Source of the DNA: Thermodesulfobacteriota bacterium
GTDB lineage: Bacteria > Desulfobacterota > Desulfobulbia > Desulfobulbales > SURF-16
DNA: 38,601 nt
NCBI GenBank assembly: GCA_040755455.1
Contig: JBFMAY010000039.1
Location: forward strand, 1 to 38,601
Direction: 5' to 3'
Position numbers and translations under genes: made by a program. The notes beneath the pieces are model-generated. The model made no database searches, was not told the DNA's origin, and saw only the letters and a list, made by a program, of their open reading frames with translations. Within the stretch, counting starts at the first letter, position 1; the number at the start of each line of letters is the position of its first letter. Below, piece after piece: positions 37,764-38,601 of the stretch.

Positions 37764-38601
37764 ATGCATCAATCACATAATAAGATAATACTGATAGGAA
37801 TCGTGCTTAGCGTAATCTTTTGGATTATTGAGGCTGCTTTACATGTTTATATCTTCCACGAAGGTACCTTTTTGCAACAGCTACTTAGCCCAGAAGCTCA
37901 TGAAGCCTGGATGCGTTTAATAGTGGTATGTATGTTTATTACATTTAGCATTTATGCTGAATCCATCATCAATATTCGCAGGCGGGCGGAGGAGGCGACC
38001 AGGCAGGCGTACACAAAGCTCAATCAGGTCCTTGATACCGCAGCTGACGGGATGCGTCTGGTTGATAACGACTTCACTATACTGCAGGCTAATGACACAT
38101 TCGCGACCTTATCCGGTATTGGCAAGGATGAAGCGATAGGGAGAAAGTGCTATGAGGTGTTTCGCGGCCCGTTGTGTCATTCTCCTGCCTGCCCACTGAC
38201 CCGTATTCTCCAGGGCGAAGGGCGCGTCGAATGTGATGTTGAAAAAGAACGATGTGATGGCACCACAGTACCGTGTATTCTTACAGCAACTCCGCTTCTG
38301 ACTTCCGACGGAAAACTACTTGGCATAGTTGAGGATTTTAAAGACATCACCGACCGGAAACAGGCGGAGGCCGCCCAGTGGGAGAGCGAAAGACAAAAAC
38401 AGACTATTCTGGATGCTTCAGTTGATGTGATTGTGCAGATTGATACGGAGATGCGGATAGTTTGGGCAAACAGGACGGCCGGGGCCATACTTAATGAAAA
38501 GCCAGAGAATCTCATGGGACATACCTGTCATAAAGTTTATCAAAACTCCGACACTCCCTGCCCTGATTGTCCCTGCAAAAGGGCCTTGGAAAGCGGACAG
38601 A
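37764..38601 (+). CDS. Membrane-anchored multi-PAS sensor protein, runs off the window (absent from the ORF track)
   Basis: Open frame MHQSHNKIILIGIVLSVIFW..(2 TM)..LDTAADGMRLVD..GRKCYEVF..DFKDITDRKQAE..ILDASVD..ANRTA..; alternative in-frame ATG at 37746. Confidence 0.9.
   Translation, partial: MHQSHNKIILIGIVLSVIFWIIEAALHVYIFHEGTFLQQLLSPEAHEAWMRLIVVCMFITFSIYAESIINIRRRAEEATRQAYTKLNQVLDTAADGMRLVDNDFTILQANDTFATLSGIGKDEAIGRKCYEVFRGPLCHSPACPLTRILQGEGRVECDVEKERCDGTTVPCILTATPLLTSDGKLLGIVEDFKDITDRKQAEAAQWESERQKQTILDASVDVIVQIDTEMRIVWANRTAGAILNEKPENLMGHTCHKVYQNSDTPCPDCPCKRALESGQ

Larger units (their letters stand above)
33919..38601. mobile_element. Edge of a genomic island / ICE remnant integrated at tRNA-Leu
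   Basis: Integrase directly downstream of the tRNA, arm-type repeats, HU, non-core hypotheticals and IS debris. The far att site is not in the window. Confidence 0.8.

Overview
38.6 kb window that looks like a Desulfobacterota (Desulfobulbales-like) chromosome; this is inferred from gene content, not from a search. It has three parts. (1) 1-10.7 kb is accessory: a probable transposase tail; a Sec-signal YD/PKD protein followed by a Sec-signal Rhs toxin with a JAB/DUF4329-like tip and a PepSY-like lipoprotein immunity gene; a 30-bp orphan Rhs scar; a Tn552/Mu-like transposon (serine resolvase, DDE transposase, AAA ATPase, 7-repeat right end) inserted in an FRG gene that is an integron cassette with an attC; and a MITE in that attC. 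(2) 10.9-33.9 kb is core: a sigma54 two-component pair divergent from a Lon protease with an inserted receiver domain, ispDF, rfbCDBA, rnpB, rnhA/Zn-ribbon/nif3, tRNA-Ile2, rmuC, cysK, gap-rimI-pgk-tpiA-secG and tRNA-Leu. (3) 33.9-38.6 kb is the edge of an island integrated at tRNA-Leu (tyrosine integrase, HU, hypothetical genes, IS debris, PAS sensor). The best candidate for an undescribed system is a split Rhs: the large Rhs appears to lack one canonical pair of YD repeats, and that pair is present at the N-terminus of the small upstream PKD protein. All family assignments come from motif recognition by eye.
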